Notes: a model not told the origin generated them from the sequence alone. DNA of 32,000 bases from Catenovulum adriaticum (GCF_026725475.1 NZ_CP109965.1:1333385-1365384), one strand, 5' to 3'. Positions 1 to 9,230 are shown, counted from the stretch's first letter. Made by a program: numbers and translations.

Positions 1-149
1 CATCAGTACAGTTTGTATTTATTTCACACAATAAAATTGCAATGGAAATGGCAACTCATTTGGTTGGGGTAACTATGCAAGAGCCGGGCGTGTCTAGGAT
101 GGTTGCGGTTGATATCGATAAAGCAATTGAGTTAGCAGAATTAGAATAA
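1..149 (+). CDS. smc: Chromosome segregation protein SMC, C-terminal end (partial; start lies upstream of the window)
   Basis: Frame 3 reads ...[46 protein letters not shown] with stop TAA at 147-149. This resembles the conserved SMC C-terminal head segment (signature/D-loop region). It lies directly upstream of zipA, as in many gammaproteobacteria. Confidence 0.75.
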   Translation, partial: SVQFVFISHNKIAMEMATHLVGVTMQEPGVSRMVAVDIDKAIELAELE

Positions 150-194
150 CCTAAACAAAATAACTTAAATTAGAACAACTTATAAAGGTAAATA

Positions 195-1235
195 ATGGCC
201 GAAGAATTAAGAATTGTATTTATGGTGTTAGGCTTATTAGCGATTGTTGCGCTAGTGGTACACGGATTTTATACCGTCAGAAAAAATAAGCAGATACCTA
301 AAGAAGAAGATTTAGACGCTAATTCAAATATGGGCGCAGATGATGATATTGAATATGTCTCAAAAGCTCGTGTAATTAGTGGTGGCAATAATGGATCAGA
401 CAAAGCGGAGAAAACAGAAATACAAGACGAATCTGTTTTCTCTAGTTCAGAACCCCAAGCTGATACTGATAAATTAAGTGGTTTCAAAGAAAGTTTGAAT
501 AAAACGAAAAAGTTTTCATTTAAAGACGGTATTAATCGGATTAAACCTGAGAAAAAAGCAACACAAAGAACCCGAGTTGAACCTGAAATAGAAGCGACTC
601 AATTGCAAATGAATCTGCCAGAAGATAATGTAGCAGATCAAGACATAACAGCAGATGATGAAGATGTTGATATCTCAGAGCAATTATTGGCTCGCGAATC
701 TTCATCTACTCAATCAGCCAACACAGAGCAAAGCGCGGGTGCGAGTGAAAGTGCAGCTGAGTCGGTCGCTGAAAAGCCGGTTTCAGATGAAAAGCCATCA
801 ACCCAACCACAAGAAGTTTTGATATTAAATGTGGTTGCGCCAGAAGGCCAGTTGATGTCGGGCGCAGTATTATTACCTACTTTATTAACGCTTGGATTTA
901 AATTTGGTGAGTTTAATATATTTCATCGTCATCAAGACGAATCTGGATCGGGCGATGTATTATTTAGCTTAGCGAATATGTTTAATCCTGGTACGTTTGA
1001 TATCGATAATATTGAACAGTTTACCACTCAAGGGGTTTCATTATTTTTAAGCTTACCAGTGAATGCTGACTCCACAGCGACTTTTAACATGATGCATAAT
1101 GCGGCGAAAAAGATAGCAGCTGAATTTGATGGCCAAGTATTAGATGGTCAACGTAATTTGTTAACAGGCCAAACCGTTCAACATTATATTGAACGAATTA
1201 GAGAATTTGAACGTCGTCAGCTTATAAAATCATAG
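195..1235 (+). CDS. zipA: Cell division protein ZipA (FtsZ membrane anchor)
   Basis: N-terminal TM helix (LRIVFMVLGLLAIVALVVHGF), a long acidic/Ser-rich low-complexity linker, and a conserved C-terminal FtsZ-binding domain (VLILNVVAPEG...GFKFGEFNIFHRH...LFSLANMFNPGTFD). It follows smc. Confidence 0.9.
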   Translation: MAEELRIVFMVLGLLAIVALVVHGFYTVRKNKQIPKEEDLDANSNMGADDDIEYVSKARVISGGNNGSDKAEKTEIQDESVFSSSEPQADTDKLSGFKESLNKTKKFSFKDGINRIKPEKKATQRTRVEPEIEATQLQMNLPEDNVADQDITADDEDVDISEQLLARESSSTQSANTEQSAGASESAAESVAEKPVSDEKPSTQPQEVLILNVVAPEGQLMSGAVLLPTLLTLGFKFGEFNIFHRHQDESGSGDVLFSLANMFNPGTFDIDNIEQFTTQGVSLFLSLPVNADSTATFNMMHNAAKKIAAEFDGQVLDGQRNLLTGQTVQHYIERIREFERRQLIKS

Positions 1236-1381
1236 AACCAACGCCTACCTTTTTAAGTCAATTGTTGAGAATTTTTTGGCAATTGACTTGAATTCAGCTT
1301 ACTTTAATCCCATATAATCACCATAATCTAAGTTTAGCCTGTTTATATTTTTAAACGCTAACTTGATCTTTTATTTGGTAT

Positions 1382-2191
1382 TTGTTGAGGTTTAATTTGT
1401 ATTCACCAGTCCATTCACAGCTTGAGCAACTAAGCGCTTTTTTACCTGCTAGCGACATTTCACAAGCCCAGAAAAAGTTTGATGATACAGTGGCACAAGT
1501 GCAAGATAAGTTACAAGGAATTGACGATACAATTGATAAAGTACAGCTGATTTTAGATATTTTCTATTTTGATAATCTGTTTTGTTTATCCGTTAACCAA
1601 CCTCACAATGCGGGGCACAATATGGCTAGCGCATTGGCTTTTCATTGCGCAGAAACCCCGTTACTAGCTGTTATTTTAGTTGATTTGCTCAGACATGCAG
1701 GTGTTGACGCGGATCCTGTTATGGCGCAAGCGGGCGCCTTGGTTAGAGTTTCATTAAGTGAAAACCAATTTATATTTATTAAAGCTGATTCTGGTATGAG
1801 TTTAGACTGGTCTGAAGTTGAACAGCATATTGGTTTGCGCAGTCAGGACAAATTAAATAAAGATGACAACAAGGTTAAAGGACCAAATGATTTGACCATT
1901 GCAGACAATAAAGAAATTGATTTGCTGTTGCTAAATTTATTTAAATCGGAACTGATTGAGTTAGCTGAATTTGAACAAGCATTTGAGGTATCTCAGGTGT
2001 TGCTAGAACTAGATCCTGATAATCCATATGAGCGACGAGATCGTGGGTTTTTATTGCAACAGATGGATTGTGATAAATTAGCTGTGGCTGATTATGAGTT
2101 TTTTATTAAACAGTGCCCTAAAGATCCGGTTGCTCAGGTATTAAAAACACAGTTACCGAATATGCAAAATCATCGTCGAGATATCCACTAA
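1382..2191 (+). CDS. SirB1/YchA family protein (transglutaminase-like N-terminus plus TPR-like C-terminus)
   Basis: 269 aa. The C-terminus LELDPDNPYERRDRGFLLQQMDCDKLAVADYEFFIKQCPKDPVAQVLKTQL closely parallels the E. coli YchA/SirB1 C-terminus as I recall it (NPEDPYEIRDRGLIYAQLDCEHVAL..YFVEQCPEDP). The ORF-track start is TTG, so the start is uncertain. Confidence 0.65.
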   Translation: MLRFNLYSPVHSQLEQLSAFLPASDISQAQKKFDDTVAQVQDKLQGIDDTIDKVQLILDIFYFDNLFCLSVNQPHNAGHNMASALAFHCAETPLLAVILVDLLRHAGVDADPVMAQAGALVRVSLSENQFIFIKADSGMSLDWSEVEQHIGLRSQDKLNKDDNKVKGPNDLTIADNKEIDLLLLNLFKSELIELAEFEQAFEVSQVLLELDPDNPYERRDRGFLLQQMDCDKLAVADYEFFIKQCPKDPVAQVLKTQLPNMQNHRRDIH

Positions 2192-2232
2192 GCTTTTATT
2201 TTTTATAACTGTATTTTTATAACTTTATTTTT

Positions 2233-2263
2233 AATAAGTCGCGGGTTTCTCCCGCGACTTATT
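2233..2263. terminator. Bidirectional intrinsic terminator between convergent genes
   Basis: Perfect 13-bp inverted repeat AATAAGTCGCGGG-tttct-CCCGCGACTTATT, flanked by T/A-rich runs on both sides. It sits between the stops at 2191 (+) and 2290 (-). Confidence 0.8.
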
Positions 2264-2289
2264 ATTTATTGAGCAATTTAGCAATTGAT

Positions 2290-3666
2290 TTAGCGTTTAA
2301 AATGTTGGTAAATTAAATCAAACACATCTGTCATTTGATAGTCTTTATCGCCAGCCAGTGAGTCAGGTAAAATTAAAATAGGTCCTTGCTCTGGGTTATC
2401 TACACAGCGCCCATGACTGCCTTTAACCAAGCTAGGGTCAAGCGGAATCACATCCATTAACATTCTAAAGCCAAGTTTTTTCTTAATCAGTTTGCCAATG
2501 ACTTTAAGTGTTGGAAATTTGATGTTTGGATCAACATACATTTCAACCGGATCATAACCAGGCTTTCGGTGAATATCGACTGTACGGGCAAAGTCAGGGG
2601 CTTTTTTATCATCAAGCCAATAATAATAGCTAAACCAAGCCTCTTTTGTACTAATAGCAACTAAATCACCACTGCGCTCGTGGTTAATATTCAAGGCTTG
2701 CTGCTCCGTTTTATCTAATACCTGTTCAACGCCTGGGGTTGCTAATAATAGTGTTTTAATTTCCGCTAGGCGCTCTGGCTTATTTATATAAATATGTGCA
2801 CATTGATGATCAGCAACGGCAAATGCATCACTAGCACCACAGTCTAAATTTTCAAAGCCTTTGGTTTCACGTACTTTTATACAGTCGTTTTTACGCAGAA
2901 TTTGGTTAATTGGGATAACTTGGTTCACTTGCGTGATCCCATATTCAGAAACAATCAGATACTCAGGTGAAAACGCTGCCAATTCTGAGATGATATTACC
3001 TACAACCGCATCTATCGCCTGAATATCTTTGGCGATATCTGGGTGATTTGGCCCAATTTTTTGTAAGTTATAATCTAAATGAGGTAAATAAACTAACTGT
3101 AAATCAGGTTTATTTTGTTTAAATTCTTCGATTGCAGCTTTACCTATCCATTGGCTCGCGCCTATACCTGCTTTAGGCCCCCAAAAATTAAAAAATGGAA
3201 AGATACCTATTTTATCTTCAATACCTTGGTGTAAGCCATTAGGCGATGAATAAAGGTCAAACACTTTGCCGCCGTCGGCTAAATAATGCGGACGGGGAGT
3301 TATGCTGTTATCAACGTTGGCGTACATGTTGTACCACCAAAATAATTTTGAAACTTTAAATTCCGGAATTTCACGTTTTAACACATCCCAAATTTTATCG
3401 CTTTGCACAATTTGATTGGCTTGTTTCCAAAAGCCAACTTCGGCTAGCTCTTTAAAATACCAGCCGTTACCTACAATGCCATGCTCATCTGCTGTTTTAC
3501 CAGTTACCATTGTGCTTTGTGCTGTGGTGGTCACAGCGGGGAAAACATCTTTTAATGGTTTTGATTGATAGCCTTGTTGAATTAACTTATTTAAATTTGG
3601 GGTATTGTCGCCCAACATATATGGGCTTAACCCAACAACATTGATAACGATTAATGGAGATGGCAT
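2290..3666 (-). CDS. eboF: Alkaline phosphatase / nucleotide pyrophosphatase-phosphodiesterase family protein (EboF-like)
   Basis: 458 aa. The N-terminus LIVINVVGLSP...FPAVTTTAQSTMVTGKTADEHGIVGNGWY is typical of the type I phosphodiesterase/NPP metal-site and nucleophile-Thr region. It is the last gene of the six-gene operon, 15 nt after the preceding stop. Confidence 0.8.
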   Translation of the reverse strand: MPSPLIVINVVGLSPYMLGDNTPNLNKLIQQGYQSKPLKDVFPAVTTTAQSTMVTGKTADEHGIVGNGWYFKELAEVGFWKQANQIVQSDKIWDVLKREIPEFKVSKLFWWYNMYANVDNSITPRPHYLADGGKVFDLYSSPNGLHQGIEDKIGIFPFFNFWGPKAGIGASQWIGKAAIEEFKQNKPDLQLVYLPHLDYNLQKIGPNHPDIAKDIQAIDAVVGNIISELAAFSPEYLIVSEYGITQVNQVIPINQILRKNDCIKVRETKGFENLDCGASDAFAVADHQCAHIYINKPERLAEIKTLLLATPGVEQVLDKTEQQALNINHERSGDLVAISTKEAWFSYYYWLDDKKAPDFARTVDIHRKPGYDPVEMYVDPNIKFPTLKVIGKLIKKKLGFRMLMDVIPLDPSLVKGSHGRCVDNPEQGPILILPDSLAGDKDYQMTDVFDLIYQHFKR

Positions 3667-3681
3667 TGTGATAATCCTTTA

Positions 3682-5013
3682 TTATGTAATTTTGTTTGCT
3701 AATAAATTGCGTTTGTTAAGTTGCGCTTCTAACCAAAAAAACTCTTCGCTTAAGCCTTGTGTTAAATCAAAAGAATCTTGTGCCTGACTGGTTAAATATT
3801 GCAGCCAAGTATAAGTTTCTATTTCAAGATAAGGCTTAAAATCAGCTTGAGACTGTAAATAATCTAAACAGGCTAATATGCCAGTTTGTGTTGTATTAAT
3901 TTTCTGAGCTTCACTTAATTTAATTTGGCTTAGATGAATAGGTACGTGATAATGTACAGTACAACTGAACTCAGGTTCACCTTGCAGCTGTTTTTGCGCT
4001 AAAACTTGATTGAGCTCAGCGCTATTTAAATCAGCTATATGAATTAAGTTGGTTTTGTTGTTTACGTTTGACTGATTTATTTTGCACTGATGAAGAAATT
4101 TTTTATCGTTTAATAGTTGGCAAAGCGCTTCAATATTGTGCTTGTTTTTAAGGGTTGCGTGAATAGCGTTAGATATTTGAATTTTACAAATTTGAATACC
4201 TGCTTCGCGAATTTTTTTAAGCGATAATTGAATATCTTCGTGCATTACCGCTTGGTGACAAGTGTCAAAACAGCAGCCAATATAATTTAAAATATCTTGC
4301 GCGGCTAAGCCTTTATTTTTTGCAGCGGGCAGCAAATCTTGCTTGAAAAAATCGATTAATTGTTGGCTGGATTCAAAAACACAATCAGGCTCCATTTCTA
4401 AACCAATTTGTATTCTAACTTGGGTGTTTTGTTCAAGTTGTTTTAAATATTGCGCCAGCTCAATTAAGTGTTCAATTGCAATTTGGTGTAATTGTGAGGT
4501 CCACTCTTTTGCATATGCTAGGGGCAGGGTCGATATTGCGCCTAAGTATCGTGTTTCTCCTTGGAGCTGAATTTGGGTTGCCGTTTTTTTGCAAATCGTT
4601 TGGCTTAATATATTTGCAAGATTTTGAGTGTACACAAGTCTTTTTTTATCAGCCCAAGTAGGCAAATAAACGGCTTGCTTAACAATGTCTTGGTGAAAAT
4701 TACCATACGGAAAACCATTTAAACTGGTTAGCGCAAGTTGGTTTTGTGTAATAACATTCACAAAATTTTGTAGGGCATCATTATCATTAACCAGCTGCTT
4801 TGCAACAGGAGACGCAAGCCATAAACCGGATGCCATTGAATTTTGCTGGCGTTTTTTTAAAACCGGATTAAACCAATTTTGAATATTGGCTAGCACTTGA
4901 GTTAATTCGGTACCCGGATGAACATTACTACAATAAGCAAGCTCTTGAGATTGCCATAAATTAATGGGCAGCATAAGTATTACATTTGATCGTTTATTAA
5001 GTGAATATATCAA
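3682..5013 (-). CDS. eboE: Xylose isomerase-like TIM-barrel protein (EboE-like)
   Basis: 443 aa. N-terminal YCSNVHPG, an internal GLEMEPDCV segment and CFDTCHQAV are typical of sugar-phosphate isomerase/epimerase TIM barrels. Its position between the TatD-like and NPP-like genes fits EboE. An alternative start is Met14 at 4974. Confidence 0.65.
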   Translation of the reverse strand: MIYSLNKRSNVILMLPINLWQSQELAYCSNVHPGTELTQVLANIQNWFNPVLKKRQQNSMASGLWLASPVAKQLVNDNDALQNFVNVITQNQLALTSLNGFPYGNFHQDIVKQAVYLPTWADKKRLVYTQNLANILSQTICKKTATQIQLQGETRYLGAISTLPLAYAKEWTSQLHQIAIEHLIELAQYLKQLEQNTQVRIQIGLEMEPDCVFESSQQLIDFFKQDLLPAAKNKGLAAQDILNYIGCCFDTCHQAVMHEDIQLSLKKIREAGIQICKIQISNAIHATLKNKHNIEALCQLLNDKKFLHQCKINQSNVNNKTNLIHIADLNSAELNQVLAQKQLQGEPEFSCTVHYHVPIHLSQIKLSEAQKINTTQTGILACLDYLQSQADFKPYLEIETYTWLQYLTSQAQDSFDLTQGLSEEFFWLEAQLNKRNLLANKIT

Positions 5014-5067
5014 TTTGTCAGCAAGTAAGACGGTTTAAATAATAACAAATTGATGAAAATTAAGGCA

Positions 5068-5102
5068 ATTGAGTTTGTGCGTATTTAGTCCGCACAAACT
5101 CA
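5068..5102 (-). other. Intra-operon stem-loop between eboB and eboE
   Basis: 13-bp perfect inverted repeat TTGAGTTTGTGCG-(9 nt)-CGCACAAACTCAA in the 97-nt eboB-eboE gap. On the transcribed strand it is followed by a partly T-rich tract (ttgccttaattttc). Confidence 0.6.
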
Positions 5103-5110
5103 ATAAGCGG

Positions 5111-5995
5111 TTAGTTTTTTTCAATAATAGGATCTTGGCCGCGAGTCACTCTATTATCATTGTAGGTTTGAGTTTGATCAATTAATGGTTTTTTCACCAT
5201 ATCAATTGATATACGGCCACTTTGAGCAAAAAAGTTAATTGGGTTATTAAAAGTAACTAATTCAACATCGGCTTCACTAAATCCTGATTCAAGCATATGT
5301 TTAGCTGTTTTAGGTACTTTAAGCGGATCACTAATGCCCCAATCAGCTGCACTATTGATTATCATTTTCTCAGTGCCGTACTCTTTTAATAAGTTAACCA
5401 TACGAGGTTCAGACATTTTAGTATTTGGATAAATACTGTGCCCACGCCAACAGTTTGTTTCTAACACTAGTGGGAGTGTTTGCTCGTTTAAATGATCAAC
5501 TAATACCATTTCTTCGGCGATACCACTTTCTTTAATGGCATCTAATGTGCGTTTGGTACCATTGATTTTGTCTCTGTGTGGCGTATGAATCAGCACTGGT
5601 AGCTCTAAATTTTTAGCCAGTTCTAATTGCTCTAGTAAAAACCTGTCTTCTTCTGGTGTCATGTCGTCGTAACCAATTTCACCTACGCCAACTACATTAT
5701 CTTTTTGACAGTAACGCGGTAATAATTTCATAACTGCTTCGGCCAGTTCAACATCGTTAGACTCTTTAGGATTTAGCCCCATAGTACAAAAGTGCATAAT
5801 GCCAAATTGTGATGCCCTAAAATGTTCCCAGCCAATTAATGTATCAAAATAATCAATAAATGAACCAACTTGTGTTCGTGGTTGACCTAACCAAAATGCA
5901 GGTTCAATTACCCCAACAATTCCGGCTTCGGCCATGTTCTGATAATCATCTGTAGTGCGTGACAGCATGTGGATATGCGGGTCAAAATAATTCAT
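5111..5995 (-). CDS. eboB: TatD-family metal-dependent hydrolase (EboB-like)
   Basis: 294 aa. It begins MNYFDPHIHM (the amidohydrolase HxH motif) and has further His/Asp/Glu motifs (VGEIGYD, LIHTPH, INSAADW). Confidence 0.8.
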   Translation of the reverse strand: MNYFDPHIHMLSRTTDDYQNMAEAGIVGVIEPAFWLGQPRTQVGSFIDYFDTLIGWEHFRASQFGIMHFCTMGLNPKESNDVELAEAVMKLLPRYCQKDNVVGVGEIGYDDMTPEEDRFLLEQLELAKNLELPVLIHTPHRDKINGTKRTLDAIKESGIAEEMVLVDHLNEQTLPLVLETNCWRGHSIYPNTKMSEPRMVNLLKEYGTEKMIINSAADWGISDPLKVPKTAKHMLESGFSEADVELVTFNNPINFFAQSGRISIDMVKKPLIDQTQTYNDNRVTRGQDPIIEKN

Positions 5996-6047
5996 AAATC
6001 ATCCTTATTAATGCTAATGCGTGCCGGCATAAGCGTTGATACTTATA

Positions 6048-6842
6048 TTAATCTAACAATGAGAGCGCATTTTGCTCATGAAGCTGTTGATTTATTTGTG
6101 CCTGATGCTGAGCATCTTGATGCATAAAATGCTTAAGGTACTGTTGAACCTGGCTTTGATTGTTGTTATCAAGCTGGTTAAAAATAACGGCTTGCCAAAT
6201 TGAAGCCGGAGGCAATCTGTCTGCCAGTGCTTGCTCAATTGCGTAAGCAAAACACATGTTAGATAACTTAGGGTTTAGCCTGTTTTTTAAGTTTGTTATT
6301 TGGCTAATATCTAAGCCCATAAATAAAGATTTTAAGACCAACTGATTAAAATTAAGTTCCGGAAAATATTCAGCTGGGTAGGGGTTATTAAGTGCAATCG
6401 CTGAATACTCAATTAAGCTATTGCAACGGCAAGCTTTAATTGCCGTTTGTACGGCTAGACCTTGAGGATCAAGCCAGATTAAACTTGCTAGTAAAGCACA
6501 TTTTTCACTTTCATCGCCAAACTGATAGTAGTTTTTTAATAGTTTGGTTGTGACCTCTGTTTGTGACTCAAACGTTATTTTTTTGTCGGTTTCAAGCGCG
6601 TTTTTAATTAATAGCAGTCTAACTAACTGAGCTAAGTTTAATGCGTTAAACTCAGCTGAAAAATCAATTTCTTGGGTGAACTTTCTTTTAACAAAAACCG
6701 ATTGATTGAGTAGCTCAAGTTCTAAATCATCATGGGTTTTAGCTTGCTTAATTAGCTTAATTGCTTTTGTTAACCAAGACTGTTGTTCATCTGTTAATAA
6801 CGGCGAAAGCTGTTCGGAAATTTTTGTCACTAAATTATTCAT
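6048..6842 (-). CDS. eboA: Hypothetical protein, EboA-like by position
   Basis: 264 aa with no motif I recognise. It is translationally coupled to the upstream UbiA gene by a 2-nt gap. The call rests on operon context only. Confidence 0.45.
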   Translation of the reverse strand: MNNLVTKISEQLSPLLTDEQQSWLTKAIKLIKQAKTHDDLELELLNQSVFVKRKFTQEIDFSAEFNALNLAQLVRLLLIKNALETDKKITFESQTEVTTKLLKNYYQFGDESEKCALLASLIWLDPQGLAVQTAIKACRCNSLIEYSAIALNNPYPAEYFPELNFNQLVLKSLFMGLDISQITNLKNRLNPKLSNMCFAYAIEQALADRLPPASIWQAVIFNQLDNNNQSQVQQYLKHFMHQDAQHQAQINQQLHEQNALSLLD

Positions 6843-6844
6843 TT

Positions 6845-7753
6845 TTAGGTCATGTATAAATATTTACTTAAGATACGACAGGGTGGCAATAAAGCGAGTA
6901 CCACCAATGCCCAAATGTAATATCCGGAAATAGCCAACATTAGCGCATCGAGTGGGATTACACCAATAATCATAAACATGATCATTTTTTGAATGTTATC
7001 AGGCGTGAAGTTAAACCAAAGCGGTATTAAACGTTTCAGCATTAAAATAAGCCAAACCACAATTAAACCACTACCGATTAATTGAGTTTGAATTGATTCA
7101 CCTAATACATAAAACAGCAACATAAATAAGCTGGCTGCCGTGGCTAGCAATAATCCAGAGGTTAGCCATAATGCATTACGATTTTTAGCTTGGGTCTCTT
7201 GCTTACTCAAAAAGGTTAAGCCAGTGATATAAAACCAAATGGGTAGGGCAATTAAATAGATACTTTGAGGTAAAACTTGCTCGCTTGATTGAAACGTAAA
7301 AACAACAAAACTTGCGCCTAATAGCCAATTAAAATAACGACAAAAGCCCATCATAATAGAACCGGCTAAGCCTTCTTTAAAAACACTGTTGTAAAGCAAA
7401 ATACAAGCGGCTAACCCAAACCCAACGTAAAAAGGAATTAAATTAGGCCATGAAAAATAAGCGCTTAATAATAAACCTGCGGCCATTAAACCTAAGCCAA
7501 ACAGCCAGCCTATTTTTAGTGAGATTTGTCCGCTGGGGAGCGGTCGGTTTGCACGTTCTGCTAAATCTTCTTTGTAATCAAAGCAATCATTAAGCGCCAT
7601 ACCGCCATAATAAAAAGCGAGACTAGCCAGCACCAAAATTACTAGGCTACTGTTGACTTGACCAGAACTAGCAATTACTGAGGCCGCAATTATATTACTT
7701 ATTGCGGTTAATCCATTTGGCGCTCTAACTAGTTGTAATATCGATTTTAACAT
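6845..7753 (-). CDS. eboC: UbiA-family aromatic/polyprenyl prenyltransferase, integral membrane (EboC-like)
   Basis: 302 aa and very hydrophobic (about 8-9 TM segments). It carries the first Asp-rich motif NDCFDYKEDLAERANRPLPSG (NDxxDxxxD). Its start overlaps the upstream stop by 1 nt (TAATG). Confidence 0.85.
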   Translation of the reverse strand: MLKSILQLVRAPNGLTAISNIIAASVIASSGQVNSSLVILVLASLAFYYGGMALNDCFDYKEDLAERANRPLPSGQISLKIGWLFGLGLMAAGLLLSAYFSWPNLIPFYVGFGLAACILLYNSVFKEGLAGSIMMGFCRYFNWLLGASFVVFTFQSSEQVLPQSIYLIALPIWFYITGLTFLSKQETQAKNRNALWLTSGLLLATAASLFMLLFYVLGESIQTQLIGSGLIVVWLILMLKRLIPLWFNFTPDNIQKMIMFMIIGVIPLDALMLAISGYYIWALVVLALLPPCRILSKYLYMT

Positions 7754-8934
7754 TATGCTACTTGCTCAATCAGCTGGCAATATTGCTCAGATTGAATGCA
7801 TTTAACTGAATCCGCCATGATTTGAATATCAATTTCATTGACTTCAAAACCTTTGCCAATTCCGTTTAATAAAGTAATACATAGGCGACCGCCCAAATGC
7901 TCTTTAAATTCGTTAAGTGCTTGCTCTACATTTAATTTACGTAGGGCAGGGTGATTTAACTCAAAACCTAACACATCGAGCAATGATAAAATTTGTTTTA
8001 ATTCATGCTCGCTTAAATAGCCAAGTTTGAACGAATAAATGCTGTCCATTGCAATACCAATGGCAACGGCTTCACCATGTCTTAGTTCATTATTCGATAA
8101 TTCTTCCAGTTTATGTGCAGACCAATGACCAAAATCTAATGGACGCGCACTACCATATTCAAAGGCATCACCGCTGTTTGCGATATGATTTAAATGCCAT
8201 TTTGCGCCCTTAATAATCATGTTTTCCATGGAGACATCTTCAAATTGAGCTAATAAATGGCGGGCTTGATAAAGCTCATTAAAAAAGCGTTGGTCTTTGA
8301 TTAATGCCACTTTTATGGCTTCGGAAATACCAGACCGCTTGTCGCGGTTAGATAAAGAATCGAGTAAATCAAAGTCGTTTACAACTGCAAAAGGGGGGAC
8401 AAAAGTGCCTAAATAATTTTTGCGTTTGTGGTAGTTAATTGCGTTTTTAACGCCAACACCGGCATCGTTTTGACCTAAAACTGTGCTTGGCATTCTAATT
8501 AAACGAATCCCTCTGTGGGCGGTTGCAGCTGCAAAGCCGACAGCATCAACCACAGCACCACCGCCGATTACTAAAATATATGAGTGTCGGTCAATTGCAT
8601 GTGTTTCTACAGCTTGGTAAATAGTATCTAATAATAGTTCATCATTTTTACAAGCTTCGCCGCCTTGAATAATAATTTCAGGCAATACAGGGATTTGATG
8701 GGTTTTATAATAATTTTTTAATTGTGCGATTAATTCAGGTTGATGCTTTGCCACCTCAGAATCAATAACAGGTAATAGCTTAGGAGATTCATGTAAGTTA
8801 TCAATGAGCTTAAATAAGGTATCGTTGCTTACATTAAAACTTTGCCGGGTAAATAATACTGGATAATCATAACTCACCTGAAATTGTTGACGGATATTAA
8901 CTGACGAATAGTCAAATGGATTATTTTGAGTCAT
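7753..8934 (-). CDS. eboD: 3-dehydroquinate synthase-like sugar phosphate cyclase (EboD-like)
   Basis: 393 aa. It has the Gly-rich nucleotide-binding motif VIGGGAVVDAVGFAAATAHRGIRLIRMPSTVLGQNDAGVGVKNAIN and the metal-site region HGEAVAIGIAMD, both typical of the DHQS/EEVS superfamily. It is the first gene of the operon. Confidence 0.85.
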   Translation of the reverse strand: MTQNNPFDYSSVNIRQQFQVSYDYPVLFTRQSFNVSNDTLFKLIDNLHESPKLLPVIDSEVAKHQPELIAQLKNYYKTHQIPVLPEIIIQGGEACKNDELLLDTIYQAVETHAIDRHSYILVIGGGAVVDAVGFAAATAHRGIRLIRMPSTVLGQNDAGVGVKNAINYHKRKNYLGTFVPPFAVVNDFDLLDSLSNRDKRSGISEAIKVALIKDQRFFNELYQARHLLAQFEDVSMENMIIKGAKWHLNHIANSGDAFEYGSARPLDFGHWSAHKLEELSNNELRHGEAVAIGIAMDSIYSFKLGYLSEHELKQILSLLDVLGFELNHPALRKLNVEQALNEFKEHLGGRLCITLLNGIGKGFEVNEIDIQIMADSVKCIQSEQYCQLIEQVA

Positions 8935-9206
8935 GTTTACCTCTTTAGTACGACGACAAATCTGTACATTAGAATCGCTAATAAGCTTCAGTTATTACTA
9001 AAATATTAATCAAAGGCAAATAGTATAACCTTAGTTCAACACAATCAATATTATATGTTGAAATGCTGTTATAGTTTTTGTTTTTTAGGGTATAACGTTT
9101 ACTATTTATTCATTTTAGACTACCAGAAATCTGTATTTGACGTTTTTTACCGTTTAAAAAGAGGCTTTGGTGTTAACAATTTACCGCAAACTAATTGCTT
9201 ATATTT

Positions 9207-9230
9207 AGACGTTTAGACGTCTAGACGTAA
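9207..9230 (+). promoter_or_regulatory. Three tandem MetJ boxes upstream of metA
   Basis: AGACGTTT-AGACGTCT-AGACGTAA are three contiguous 8-bp repeats matching the met-box consensus AGACGTCT. They sit 5 bp upstream of a candidate promoter: TTGACA at 9236-9241, a 17-bp spacer, then AACAAT at 9259-9264. Confidence 0.8.

Noticed and set aside
1255-1289. The inverted repeat AAGTCAATTG-(15)-CAATTGACTT after zipA as an intrinsic terminator
   Set aside because: The stem is AT-rich with a 15-nt loop and no downstream T-run. It may be a weak terminator or a protein site, but it cannot be called confidently.
1236-2289. The absence of ligA downstream of zipA, with a SirB1-like gene there instead, as evidence of an insertion or rearrangement
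   Set aside because: Synteny downstream of zipA varies among gammaproteobacteria. I saw no compositional break, repeats or mobility genes flanking 1382-2191.
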